A stretch of DNA of 64,000 bases from Eledone cirrhosa (lineage: Eukaryota). The notes beneath the pieces are model-generated. The model did no database searches, was not told the DNA's origin, and saw nothing but the letters and a program-made list of their open reading frames with translations. The DNA is taken from positions 44,640,001-44,704,000 of the forward strand of contig OZ024744.1 of the NCBI GenBank assembly GCA_964016885.1, written 5' to 3'. The translations under genes and the position numbers were made by a program. Shown in pieces: positions 12,494 to 24,534 of the stretch (position 1 is the first letter of the stretch; each line of letters opens with the position of its first letter).

Positions 12494-15400
12494 AAGAAAA
12501 TTCCCCAACGCAGTTGGAGACTTCAGAGGGTCGGTCACCAAGAGGATATACACTGACATCCTCTTGGAAACACCCATGACCAGCCAAAGGGACGGTTCTA
12601 CTTTCTCTTCACCACATGATCAAGGTAAGTGACGCTTTCTCACTTGCCTCGTTTCTCATCCAACATGGCCGTACTCAGAATAGACAGTATAAATGCACGT
12701 GGCCTGAGGTCATCTTGGAAGCAGGGTCACCTGCTCAACTACCTCAGATTACTAAACATAGCTGTGGTGGCCATCAGTGAAACCAGAATCTCCGAAGCAC
12801 AAGCCTTCGCACCGATCTTCGGCGGCTACGATGTATACGTATCTCCCAGCCGTCCAGGATTGGGGGGGAGGGGTTGCCGTCCATTTTCGGAGAGGCTTGG
12901 GTCTCGCGATACGGGCCATCTTCCTAGACCCAGAAGGTAAGTCGGTGGTGCTGGACGTGACCGACAGCGAAGCCAATGCTTTCAGGCTAGTAGCCGTCTA
13001 CGCCCCAGCAGTGGCAATACGGCCAGATTTCTTCAGACGTCTAGAGACCTTTCTTGGAACGTCCCGCTCTTTAGCGTTAGTGGGCGACTGGAACGGTATC
13101 TTGGATGCCCGCTGGGATTGTGTGGGGCTAGTGGATAGGGGAGGAGGGTGCAAGAACCTCGCCAACCTGCTCAGACGTTTTGCACTGTCTGACAGGTATC
13201 GACTGGATCACCTGAATGTGCCAATGCGGACATGGACAAACCGTATCGGGTCATCCAGATCGGATCTCGATAGGGTATTCTGCAGGGAACTAGATAAGGC
13301 TAGTATAAGTTGTCTACAATTTAAAATAGTCGACTACACAGACCACAAATTTGTGATTTGTGAGATCGACATAGTCAGACTTCATAGACAAGGGCCTGGT
13401 TACTGGAAGGTGAACGCGTCTTTCCCGGCGCGCAAAGCCTACAGAGGCCGGATTAGCGTATTAGTTAAGCGGGAGTTTACGGGAGCGGTCGTCGCACTGA
13501 AAAGGGCAATTAAAGTAGAATCGATTAGATTTAGCAAAGGACTAGGTATAGAGGAAAACAAAATAGAGGGAGAGCTAGTCAGAAAGCTAGAAGAGGCGTT
13601 TAGGACAGGCATCGCAACAGACGTGCTTGCGGCGAGATTGGCACTCGACAATTCTTCAACGCAAAACATGAAGGCTGCGTTGTCAGAGCTAGAGCGCGTG
13701 CTCTGAAACACGAGGGGACAAAAGCCGTCCAATGGGCCCGGGTGGCGGAGGCGCGACGTGGCAACAAAGCCACAATTCAGTCTTTGTCTGACCAAAACGG
13801 GTGCGTGATGCTCAAACCCGAGCGGATGTGTGAAGCTTTTCAGCAGCACTTTGCTGAACTGTTCGGGAGCGGCGGGGGCCCGGATCGGGGCATGGACTTC
13901 AGTGCATACCTCGACGGACTGCCTCGGCTCTCGACGACCGCAGCACAGTGTTGCGAAAAGCCAATAACAGCTGGTGAAATACGGGAAGCGATGGCTAACT
14001 GCACAAGGGGTAAATCACCAGGTTTGGATGGTCTGCCCTACAAGCTTTATGCATTTATGCCAGACTTGTTCGGTGACCTCTTGGCAGACGTCTACTGCAA
14101 CTGGCAGCAGAACGGAAGCATTCCCAGTTTTGTGAGCCGGGGAGCAGTGGCGCTGCTGAGAACAGACCCGAACAAGGGAGATGTTATCGATAATTTCAGG
14201 CCCATAACCCTGCTAAACGCAGAGTTCAAGATTTTGGCCAAGGTGTTAGCAACGAGGTTGGCTCTTGTCGTTGGTGGTCTGGTGGGAGAGGCGCAGACAT
14301 GCGCCATTCCGGACAGATCCAGACACGACAACCTCCACCTCATGCGATACATCATAGAGAGGGCGGCTAAGGAACCTGGTAAAGGTGGGGGCCCTGATCA
14401 ACTTGGATCAATCCAAAGCATTCGATAGTGTCGACCATCGGTACCTGGCGGCGGTCCTCGAGGCAGCCGGTTTCGGGCTCGTTTTCAGGGGTTGGATCAC
14501 AGCAATGTACAACGTCATCTACACAGCTGTGAGGGTGAACGGTCACCTGTCGCAGCCGTTCAGCATTATGCGCTCAGTCCGCCAGGATTGTCCCCTCTCC
14601 TGCCTATTGTATGTATTGGTTCTCGAGCCGTTACTGCACAAACTGGGGGCGATGAGGGGCGTCCCACTCGAACTAGGATGAGGGATATCCGAGTCGGCTT
14701 ACGCTGACTTGTAACTCGGCACTTGGAGAGGCAAGTCCATGCCGTCCGACAGCGTCGTGGGTCGATGGACGGACGGACCGGTTAAATTGCTCGAGGTTGC
14801 GTTCGGACCTGACCTCCAGATGGCGACAAACTGGAACGAGGTGACGAGGAGGGTGGCCTCCCTCACCCAGAAATGGACCGAGAGAAAGCTGTCCCTGAAA
14901 GGCCGGGCGGAGGTGGCGGATACGTACATCGCATCCGTAATCTGATACCGCCTCACCGTCGTCCCTTGCTCCAGCCCAACTCTCACCAAAATGGGCGTCT
15001 CCTCTTCCGCTTTTTGTGGAAGGGACGCGCTCCCATGGTCAGACGATCCATCTTCTGTCAACACCCGTTGCCTGGAGGACTGGGCATGCCATGGCTGATG
15101 ATGCGCAAACATGCGCTGAGGCTGCGACATCTCTGGTGCTTCCTTGATGGTGAACAGGTGTGGTCGCCGTTCGCCAGGCACGTTTTCCCACAGCTCGTCT
15201 CCTTGATGGAGCTGCAGTCCTGGGTCAGAAAAAGACCGAGGGATAGCGCTTGGAAACTGGAATGTCTCCAGGCGCTCACTGACCTCTGCCAGCTGGGCAC
15301 CAGTATCGGTGGAACATCCACCTCGGCGTTCTATAGAGGACTAGTGGAGGGGAAGAGCGACGATATTCTCGGAGAGATCCTGGGCGTCGAAGATCAGCTG

Positions 15401-16236
15401 TTTGCTCTCTTCCGGAGAACTTTCAGCCCGGGGCCTATGGATTACTTCCAAAAATCCCTGGCCTGGCAGTGCTACCGGGGAGCGCTGCTGGTTTTGAGAT
15501 AAGCTCTACAGGCACGGAAGTGACGTCAGCCGAGCCTGTCCGAGATACGCGCAGAGCGACGAAACCGTCGTGCACGCACTCGTTCAGTGTCCGAGCATTG
15601 CTGACTTGTGGAGCTATGTCGAACAGTTGCTGTCGCGTGTGGGACTGATCCGGTTGTCGACTGAGTCCATTGTGCAGATGGTCTCGCCGTCTTCCTTCGG
15701 TTTTCATCTGCCTGGTGGCCATGGCGAAAGAGATTGTGTGGTGGACAAGGTTAAAAGGGTTAAAGACAGACACTTTCCTCTTCGGGGAATCTCCGATTAA
15801 CTTTTTCAAGTTTCACTTGAAGAGGAAAATCAGGGTGGAGAGGCAAGTGCTGCCTTCTAGCAAGTTTGTTGAAAGGTGGGTGAATGTAGCGAGAATGGAC
15901 GAGTGAACGGGACCACTCTGAATATACGTCTGTAGTTTGAGAAATGGAAAAATTGAGAGAGGGCGCTTGCCGTGGTGGTCAGGGTGGCCGTGGTCTTTTG
16001 TGTGGTTTTCGCCACGAGTAACCCTCGGAGGTTTCCCCCTACTGGGGAATTTCTCATTGTTTCAATTTTCATTTTTATTGTTTATATATATATATGTTTC
16101 TATGTCCTTTTTTTTCTTTTCTTATATAAATAATAAAAATATTTACACGCACAAAACCCACATCGTACCGTCCTGTACCGTCCTGTGCCGTCTGTAATGT
16201 TTTTCTTGATATCAGTCCTTGTGTCCAATAAAGAAA

Positions 16237-16288
<52 letters not shown>

Positions 16289-16290
16289 AG
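12494..16290 (+). mobile_element. Tx1/L1-clade LINE ORF2 copy, inverted relative to 2160-6060
   Basis: Same APE/RT motifs, a deletion just after YAD (~14708), a matching 3' UTR and a (TTA)n tail at 16240-16287. Confidence 0.9.
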
Positions 16291-17160
16291 TTGCATTTAT
16301 CTTGCTTTATGTTCATACCAGTTATCACCAAGTCACACCAGTGACCTCAAGAGACAACAAGGTCCGCCATGTTCAAGAAAGAACATACATACTCACACAT
16401 GCATCTTTAGTGTTTAGACTTGTGATGTACTTATATTGACAGAATCTTCCTTAGTATATGGGCAGTTCCCATTAGTACTATCTTTTGTATTTCTCCTATA
16501 CGCGGGTTTCCTGGGATTTGCGATAAGTAATCATTAGACCCCTTAGGTATCATTCCCAGAGCGCCCACAACCACTGGTATTGTTTTAGTTCTCAATTTCC
16601 ACATTTTTCCAATTTCTATCTTCAGGTCCTTATACTTGCTCAATTTTTCAAATGTTTTTATAGATACATTCTTGTCTATTGGAACGGACATATCAATTAG
16701 CAGGCATACCCTCTTTTTAAAGTCCTTCAATATTATATCAGGTCTATTTGCATCTATTTTTCGGTCTGTTTGGATGCTAAAGTTCCACAAGATTGAGATG
16801 TGATCTTTTTCAAGTATGGGAGGTGGTTGATGCTCCCACCAATTCTTTTGATGGGGCAGGTCAAAATGCTTACACATTATCCAATGTATGTATTGTGCAG
16901 CTCTGTCATGCCTGTTTAGGTATTCGGTTGGAGCTATAGGACTGCACATTGAAATTATATGGTCAATGGTCTCTGGTTGTTTTTTACATACACGGCATAA
17001 TGGGCTGCACCCATTTTTTATTATGTTGGCTTGGTAATTTTTTGTTGGCAGACCCTGATCTTGTGCTGATATAATCAGTCCTTCAGTCTCCGATTTCAGT
17101 CCAGAGGAGGCCAACCACTGATAGGTTAAAGTTTTGTCAACATCAGGATTGTTAGCTCGT
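16290..17160 (-). mobile_element. R4/Dong-clade retrotransposon 3' fragment (CCHC + RLE)
   Basis: ORF 16431-17114: CRVCKKQPETIDHIISMC, RPDIIL, LIDMSVP, KLSKY, IPVVVGALG. Confidence 0.88.
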
Positions 17161-18599
17161 TCAACACCTAACCTAGCTAGCCATATCGCATTCAGTAACC
17201 ATCATAAACTAATACAGTATAACTCCCACACCGCGGTACCCCCCCCCCCCCCGCTCAAATACACCACACCTCTACACCAATACTTGCTCTAGTAGCATAC
17301 ATCCCCCATCTAATCCTTCTAGCACGGACCAACCGCATAGTTTAAACAACCCTACACTCACTAACCGCAGAAGTAACTGCAACTGCCGTTACCCTAATGT
17401 ATGCCCACTAAATGGACAATGCCTTACACCCAATATAGTTTATAGGTGCACAGTTAAAACAGCATCGCATACCAGCTCCTATATTGGCTCGACCTCTAAC
17501 CCTTTTAAGGTATGCTATAACGCTCACTCATTTTCCTTCCGAGACCCTAGCAATAGATGTTCGATATCTCTAGCTAGGCTCATTAAAAACCTTAAATTAA
17601 CCAACATTGAACACTCACTAACATGGGATATCTTGGTTAGAGCCCAACCGTTCAATGGACGAAGAAACTCTTGTGATCTCTGTCTTGCCGAAGCCTATTA
17701 CATAACTCTATCACGACCTCTACCGATTAATGATAGAAGGGAGGTAACTATTAGCTGTCAACATCGAAGGGCTAATTCCTTCGCCAACAGAATATTTGAC
17801 CCAACATATTCATCTATACCCACTTTTTCTTATAGCTAACATGTTAAATAGTTATACCTAACTTAGATAATTATAAGTTACCTCCCTTACATTGTCTTTC
17901 ATTTAAACTCATTAGCACTTCTTAAATATTAACCACCTACAATATCTAATTTCTCGAGGAGTTACTTCTCCTGAAACCACCCTCTAATTAGTAAGATAAA
18001 TATGTCCTTTGGCGGCCATCTTTTTACCCATAGGCAGATCTTACATAATGCAGCCTCGACAGAAGAATATTGCTCGCTTATGGCAGACAATAGATAGACC
18101 CAGGACACCATAGTGAAATAGCAATATATGGAACATCACATTCATGTAACCATCTTTCTTTACCTTAATTTATATTCCTTTTGAAGTACCGATGAAATGC
18201 TCCAATTTTACCTAAGTTAATTATCTTCAACTGAACCAGATCAATAATGATCTATAATCATTTAATGCAGAAACATTATATGGAGTAGCGAAACAATTGT
18301 AAACGGACATTATTAGTATTATTATTATTATTCTTTACATTCCTTACAGTAAACTACAACTTGGTTGACAATCTTTAAATAATGTCTTCCTTGTGAAATT
18401 TGTGGTCTTGTTTTGCTTAACTAATGAATATTTCCAGCTCTGTGCACCTAACCTCGGCATGAACCCAGCCACCTAGCTGCCTTCCACTGCATATTGCACA
18501 TTGTGCCCATGCCTTTACGCTTTGGCTTCTAGCTAATTCACCAATCTCTCTTCTCCTCTCCTATCTCCATCTCTCTCGTTAAGATTGGTTACTTTTGAG

Positions 18600-18600
<1 letters not shown>
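17160..18600 (+). mobile_element. Naiad-type Penelope 3' fragment (linker + GIY-YIG + 3' UTR)
   Basis: Frame from ~17376 reads CNCRYPNVCPLNGQC..NIVY...YIG..FK...CDLC..E...CQH (CxCx5C linker). Followed by an HHR-like motif and (TA)n. Confidence 0.8.
18189..18301 (+). ncRNA. Hammerhead-like motif (CCGAUGA core, long loop II)
   Basis: CCGATGA, TGCTCCA...TGGAGTA stem II, GAAAC-AATT-GTA. Stem I pairs poorly. Confidence 0.5.
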
Positions 18601-18646
<46 letters not shown>

Positions 18647-18769
18647 GGAGGTGAGTTTTATTGTAGTACAATAAAGCAATGCAGATATCGGATAAGAAGC
18701 ACTCTACAGTTTGTAGGACTGGAGTATACATAATATATAAGATCAAAAGATGGTTAAAAGAGTTCCATG

Positions 18770-18840
18770 TATTTTATTATGCGCATTTCAAAAACAAATA
18801 TCATCATGCAATAACATTTGTGTTTTCATCAGATAAAATA
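18770..18840 (-). ncRNA. Type I hammerhead ribozyme (family A)
   Basis: Reverse complement: TATTTTAT-CTGATGA-stem II-GAAA-TGCGC-ATA-ATAAAATA. 8-bp stem I; palindromic ATGCGCAT stem III. Confidence 0.85.
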
Positions 18841-20690
18841 GGAAGACATTGTGGATAGTGCAGTTTTAAATCAACATATGAAAAGTAGTTTTAGATTGAT
18901 GTGTGATATTGGGGGAAATAAAATTTGAGGGTGGGTGGGGAGGTTGGAAAGGATGAAAAAGAGGAGGAGATGAGAGTAAAAAGTGGAGGGGGAGGAGTAT
19001 AATGAGGAAGGATGAGATAGGAGGAGAGATGGGTGATAGAGAGAGAGAGATAGCTTTTATAACTAAGAAAAATATATTGTTTTACATAGAGAGGTTGAAA
19101 AACCGTTGGAAAATAATGTATAAATTAAAAGAATTTGAAAATTAACGAAGAGAAAAATAATGTAAAGTTAGGGTTTGTATATTGAAGGGTTTAATAATAT
19201 GTGCGATGAAAAGAAATTGTTAATATGTATTAAGAATAATATTTAAGGGTTTAATAATATGTGCGATGAAAAGAAAATGTTAATATGTATTAAGAATAAT
19301 ATTTAAGGATTTAATAATATGTGCGATGGAAAGAAAATGTTGATATGTATTATTAAAAAAACAAAAGTAATGTAAGTAAGGATATATTGTGAGATATAAG
19401 TTAGATGAAAGTGAGAAAAAAATAATGAATAGAGGATGAATAATCTAACGTAAAAAAAAAAATGTTTATGTTTACGAAGGATTTTTTCAAGGTGATATAA
19501 AGTAAGAATATATTGTATTGTGTAATAATTGTTTCTATGTTAGGCACAGTGAGAAAAGGTACAGATTAGGGGTTAGAAATTAAAAGAAAAAGAAAAGGAA
19601 AAGGAAGAAAGAGAAGTGATAAATAGGAGTGATATAGAATGAGTAACAAGTACTATATAATGTATAATAAATAACTTTGAAATAAGGTAGAAAGATGGGT
19701 ATATTTTTAAAGAAGTATATATATATATATATATGTGCCTTTGAGAAAAGGATTCTGAATTGATAAAGTTTAGAATTCAGAATCCTTTTCTCAAAGGCAC
19801 ATATATAAATATATATACTTCTTTAAAAATATACCCATCTTTCTACCTTATTTCAAAGTTATTTATTATACATTATATAATACTTGTTACTCATTCTATA
19901 TCACTCCTATTTATCACTTCCCTTTCTTCCTTTTCCTTTTCTTTTCTTTTTCTTTTAATTTCTAACCCCTAATCTGTACCTTTTCTCACTGTGCCTAACA
20001 TAGAAACAATTATTACACAATACAATATATTCTTACTTTATATCACCTTGAAAAAATCCTTCGTAAACATAAACATTTTTTTTTTTACGTTAGATTATTC
20101 ATCCTCTATTCATTATTTTTTTCTCACTTTCATCTAACTTATATCTCACAATATATCCTTACTTACATTACTTTTGTTTTTTTAATAATACGAATCAACA
20201 TTTTCTTTCCATCGCACATATTATTAAATCCTTAAATATTATTCTTAATACATATTAACATTTTCTTTTCATCGCACATATTATTAAACCCTTCAATATA
20301 CAAACCTTAACTTTACATTATTTTTCTCTTCGTTAATTTTCAAATTCTTTTAATTTATACATTATTTTCCAACGATTTTTCAACCTCTCTATGTAAAACA
20401 ATATATTTTTCTCAGTTATCCTAAACGGACGGTAGTCCGTTTAGTAATATTGTTGTGGTCGTGTTTTCGTTGGCAATCGTCTGTTTACTACAGTACAGCG
20501 CGGCTCTACTTTATTTAACTGAGATAAAACTTATATGAGCATGAACAGTAGATCATTACGCTTCTTTTGGCTTAAAAATTTAGAAATTTGGTCCAGCGGA
20601 AAAAAGTTTATAATCAAAGTTTGCTGATAAATCTTGTGTTCAAGTGAGTGAGTAGTAAGCGTGACGCTAGGGGAGGTAATCCAGAAATGA

Positions 20691-20876
20691 CGACGTTTGG
20701 AAAAGTTTAATTACTGCATGAAAGAAATGATTCAAAAATTGAACTTGCCCAATCTTCACAACATTGAAAATTGGTCAAAATTTGACAAATCTGACTTCAA
20801 ACCAGATATGATTCATTTGAACAATGTTGGAAATCTTAAACTGACACAAATTTTTGCCAATGTTTTTGCCACCTGA
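20691..20876 (+). pseudogene. C-terminal fragment of an SGNH/GDSL hydrolase-like domain
   Basis: Manual translation RRLEKFNYCMKEMIQKLNLPNLHNIENWSKFDKSDFKPDMIHLNNVGNLKLTQIFANVFAT*, with a DxxH block-V-like motif and AATAAA downstream. Confidence 0.6.
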
Positions 20877-21056
20877 TCCTTGTTCTATGGCTGACTGACT
20901 AATTTTGTGACTTAATAAAATGTCATCATACTAGTAATGCACAATGGTCATTTTTAAATTTAAATTTTATTAAATAGTTGTTGCTTGCATTGCCTTAAAA
21001 TAGTAACAAGAATGTACACATACTTTTTAAAAATACATCATTATCAGTCAAATCAG

Positions 21057-21416
21057 TCAAATGTCACTAAAAGCCAGGTGGTCGATAACAACTTCTATAA
21101 GATTAGTTACATGCTCACACATTGGATCACCTCTCATCAATGGCATTGGGTGTCTGAAATAATCGTGGAGATAACTGATGAAGTCACAAATGAAGTGATG
21201 GTCTTCCAGTGTGAACAACTCCCTATATCCATTGATATATGTGATGGCTTCCGATTCATAGGTGCATTGTATGAGGAATTCCATGCATCCGATTTTCAGT
21301 GATTCAATGGGCATTTTATCACAGATGATAAGGTATTTGACCACGTTTTGCTTTGTAAGTAAATTGGAGAGAATCACTGCAGTCAAAGTCATTTCTTTGC
21401 ATGGGTTTTTGTCCAT
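21057..21416 (-). CDS. 119-aa ORF with BACK-domain-like segment
   Basis: 'LTKQNVVKYLIICDKMPIESLKIGCMEFL...ITYINGYREL' resembles the BTB-BACK consensus. A pyrimidine tract + AG lies just before the ATG. Confidence 0.45.
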   Translation of the reverse strand: MDKNPCKEMTLTAVILSNLLTKQNVVKYLIICDKMPIESLKIGCMEFLIQCTYESEAITYINGYRELFTLEDHHFICDFISYLHDYFRHPMPLMRGDPMCEHVTNLIEVVIDHLAFSDI

Positions 21417-21690
21417 TCTAAAAAGTTAAAATGATAAAGTATTACTACTATATAACTTACATCTATTGTTGTAACACCATTGAAATGCACAAGTTTCACC
21501 AATTCACTATTATGCACAAATCATCTCAAATGCATTCATGATTTACTAGCTTTGTCATTAAGCCAGTTGCCTCAACTAGATTGTAATTATACTCAAAAGA
21601 ACTTTAAAATGTCAATCACTTGTCAGTAATTCACTATGATCATTTAATTATTAGATAGTTGTTGCTTGCATTGCCTTAAAAAATAGTAGA

Positions 21691-22780
21691 CCAGATAGAA
21701 AAATGCGTACAGCAAAAAAAAGTAATATTGTTGGAATATAAACCTTTAAAAATACAGGACAAGAAACTAAAATAAAACTTTAAAAGAATAGGACAAGAAA
21801 CTAAGATAAAACTTTAAAAGAATAGGACAAGAAACTAAGATAAAACTTTAAAGAATTGGACAAGAAATAAAAAAATTTACAATAATATTAGTGGCAAATA
21901 TTTTTTATTCGTTTCCTGTGCTATGCCCCAGTATCTTCTTGATTAGTGCATAATAATTGTCATGTCTCATTATGCGTTGCCCTGAGCGGTTGGTTCTGAT
22001 TAGGATTGGTTGGCTGAGCAGTTCTGCTCCGTCAGAATGACCATTGCAAGAAGAATTGGCCGATGCAGCTGCAGGTCTCCTCCAAGAATGTACTTCTGGT
22101 CCCGCAACACCAGACGAAGATGGAGAAGACGACCGGGACAAGATGTCGACTCTGACCACCGACTGCGGCACCTCCCTCAACCACCGGTCCTCCCTCCCTC
22201 TGTCCCGTCATCCCTCCAGTCCTCCTGCTCCCCCTTCCTGTACCAGAAAGCTGTGGCACGCATTCATCTGGACTGTCGGACTTGAACTCAAGGACAAGAT
22301 GCAAGGAGAAGATGGACGGGTTGGTCAAGATCAAGGATGAGCGGGACGACAAGACCGTCCGCTGTTGCTCAAGATCTGTGCTCATGGGCCCATGGGTCCA
22401 TTCACATTATGCATGACACATGAGGCGTGTCGCCGAATAATGAAATAGGGGTATGGTTATGGCCCAATTGGTGTTCAAACCAGGATCAAATGATCCCCCG
22501 GTCTGACGACGACCTCTGAATGTGGTACCCAGAGCCTATGAATGTGGAATTCGATTTTTTACCAATAAAAATTTTGCCACTAATATTATTGTAAAATTTT
22601 TTATTTCTTGTCCAATTCTTTAAAGTTTTATCTTAGTTTCTTTTCCTATTCTTTTAAAGTTTTATCTTAGATTCTTGTCCTATTCTTTTAAAGTTTTATT
22701 TTAGTTTCTTGTCCTGTATTTTTAAAGGTTTATATTCCAACAATATTACTTTTTTTTGCTGTACGCATTTTTCTATCTGG
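21691..22780. repeat. ~215-bp inverted repeats (21691-21909 / 22563-22780) containing 34-bp tandem units, around a GC-rich core
   Basis: CCAGATAGAAAAATGCGTACAGC... versus ...GCTGTACGCATTTTTCTATCTGG; unit AATAGGACAAGAAACTAAGATAAAACTTTAAAAG. Confidence 0.9.
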
Positions 22781-23012
22781 TAAAAGCTATCTCTCTCTCT
22801 ATCACCCATCTCTCCTCCTATCTCATCCTTCCTCATTATACTCCTCCTCTCCAGTTTTTACTCTCATCTCCTCCTCTTTTTCATCCTTTCCACCCCACCC
22901 CCCTCAACATTTTTTTTCCCCAATATCACACATCAATCTAAAACTACTTTTCATATGTTGATTTAAAACTACACTATCCACAAGTGTTTTTAACCTTCAT
23001 ATCATGTCTTCC

Positions 23013-23083
23013 TATTTTATCTGATGAAAACACAAATGTTATTGCATGATGATGTTTGTTTTTGAAATGCGCATAATAAAATA
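23013..23083 (+). ncRNA. Type I hammerhead ribozyme (family A)
   Basis: TATTTTAT CTGATGA AAACACAAATGTTATT...GATGATGTTTGTTTTT GAAA TGCGC ATA ATAAAATA. Confidence 0.85.
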
Positions 23084-23113
23084 CATGGAACTCTTTTAAC
23101 CATCTTTTGATCT

Positions 23114-23415
<302 letters not shown>

Positions 23416-24344
23416 CAAATATGTTCCAAATATATGATTCCCAATGTTGATTTCTGATATAGACAGTTCAGAAAATTTGATTAAATAAATCCCATTACTG
23501 CTACATTATCTTAGTTACTTCGAAGGAATATGGTCAAAGTCAAACTTGGCGAGATTTGAACTCATATGAAGATTCAGAACAAATACCACGATGATATTTT
23601 ATCTGACGCTCTACTAATTCTGATAATTTACCAACTTTATATTATTCATAATACTGAAGAGCAAGTAGTAAGAAACTCTCTGGAGTGCTGGATAGCAGAA
23701 CGTCTTCAGAGAAGAAATACCCCCGCCCCCAGGCGAGTGTTTTGGCCCTTAACAATTTAAGGGTGCCGGGCCACATCTAGGGTACCAATCTACTGTCACT
23801 TTTAGTCTCTTGCTTATCGCACTGCTGTGTATTTAAACAGTATGGAGATTGTGTTGAGTTCTACTTGTAACTCCTCTCCTTTGCCATTACTTTCAAACTT
23901 ATATTTTTACACTTTCTTAGGTTTGGAAAACTAACGTTGGTAGTCATCGTAACGGGGAGACGTCACCGCTGCCACCAACATTACAACAACGACTCACTCA
24001 CAATTACCTTCCATAACATATGTTAAAATACAAATATAATACCCTCAAATTGTAAGGAGGTTGATTTTGTTCCTCCTCGAACAGTTCCCACTGGAACCCT
24101 TTTCCCCGTCTGAAATTGCCTTTAAGAATTTGGTTCTGTTCTTCCTTGAGTTTGAGAGTTGTTCATGAGATTGTAGGGAGCATTCACCATATAAACTCTG
24201 TCTATAGAAGTCCGTAGATTTTTGTTTACATTTTCCAAAACTCTACAGTAATGATTGTACAGTTTTGTAAAATGTAAACACAAATCTACGGACTTTTTGT
24301 GCGTTCGAAAAGATGAACTTATTGAGGTAATTATTTATAAGATA

Positions 24345-24388
24345 TTGATTCCAATGAGACCCACAAGGCCGAAACAATTGTAAATCAA
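24345..24388 (+). ncRNA. Minimal hammerhead motif, degenerate core (CCAAUGA)
   Basis: TTGATT CCAATGA GACC-CACAA-GGCC GAAAC AATT GTA AATCAA; 6-bp stem I. Confidence 0.6.
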
Positions 24389-24534
24389 ATTATGATTTAA
24401 ATAGGTGTTTGGTAACATATTTTAATGAATAATTTGTTCTATGTGTAAATAACCAAACACAGTAGGGGTTGATATAATTTTATTTTTTGTTAATTATATA
24501 TAACCGTGTGTACAGATTATTATAATAATTATCG

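Larger units (their letters stand above)
20419..22780 (+). mobile_element. Helitron-like non-autonomous element with captured gene fragments
   Basis: Starts TC, ends CTGG (CTRR), no TSD. Inserted at AGTTA|TAAAAGCTATC; the empty site is visible in the opposite arm (~19050-19065) and at ~28978. Confidence 0.6.

Noticed and set aside
20421-20444. Parvovirus/densovirus terminal hairpin or DIRS/Ngaro end
   Set aside because: No NS1, capsid, RT or tyrosine recombinase remnants seen; TC...CTRR at A|T fits a Helitron better, though alternatives are not fully excluded.
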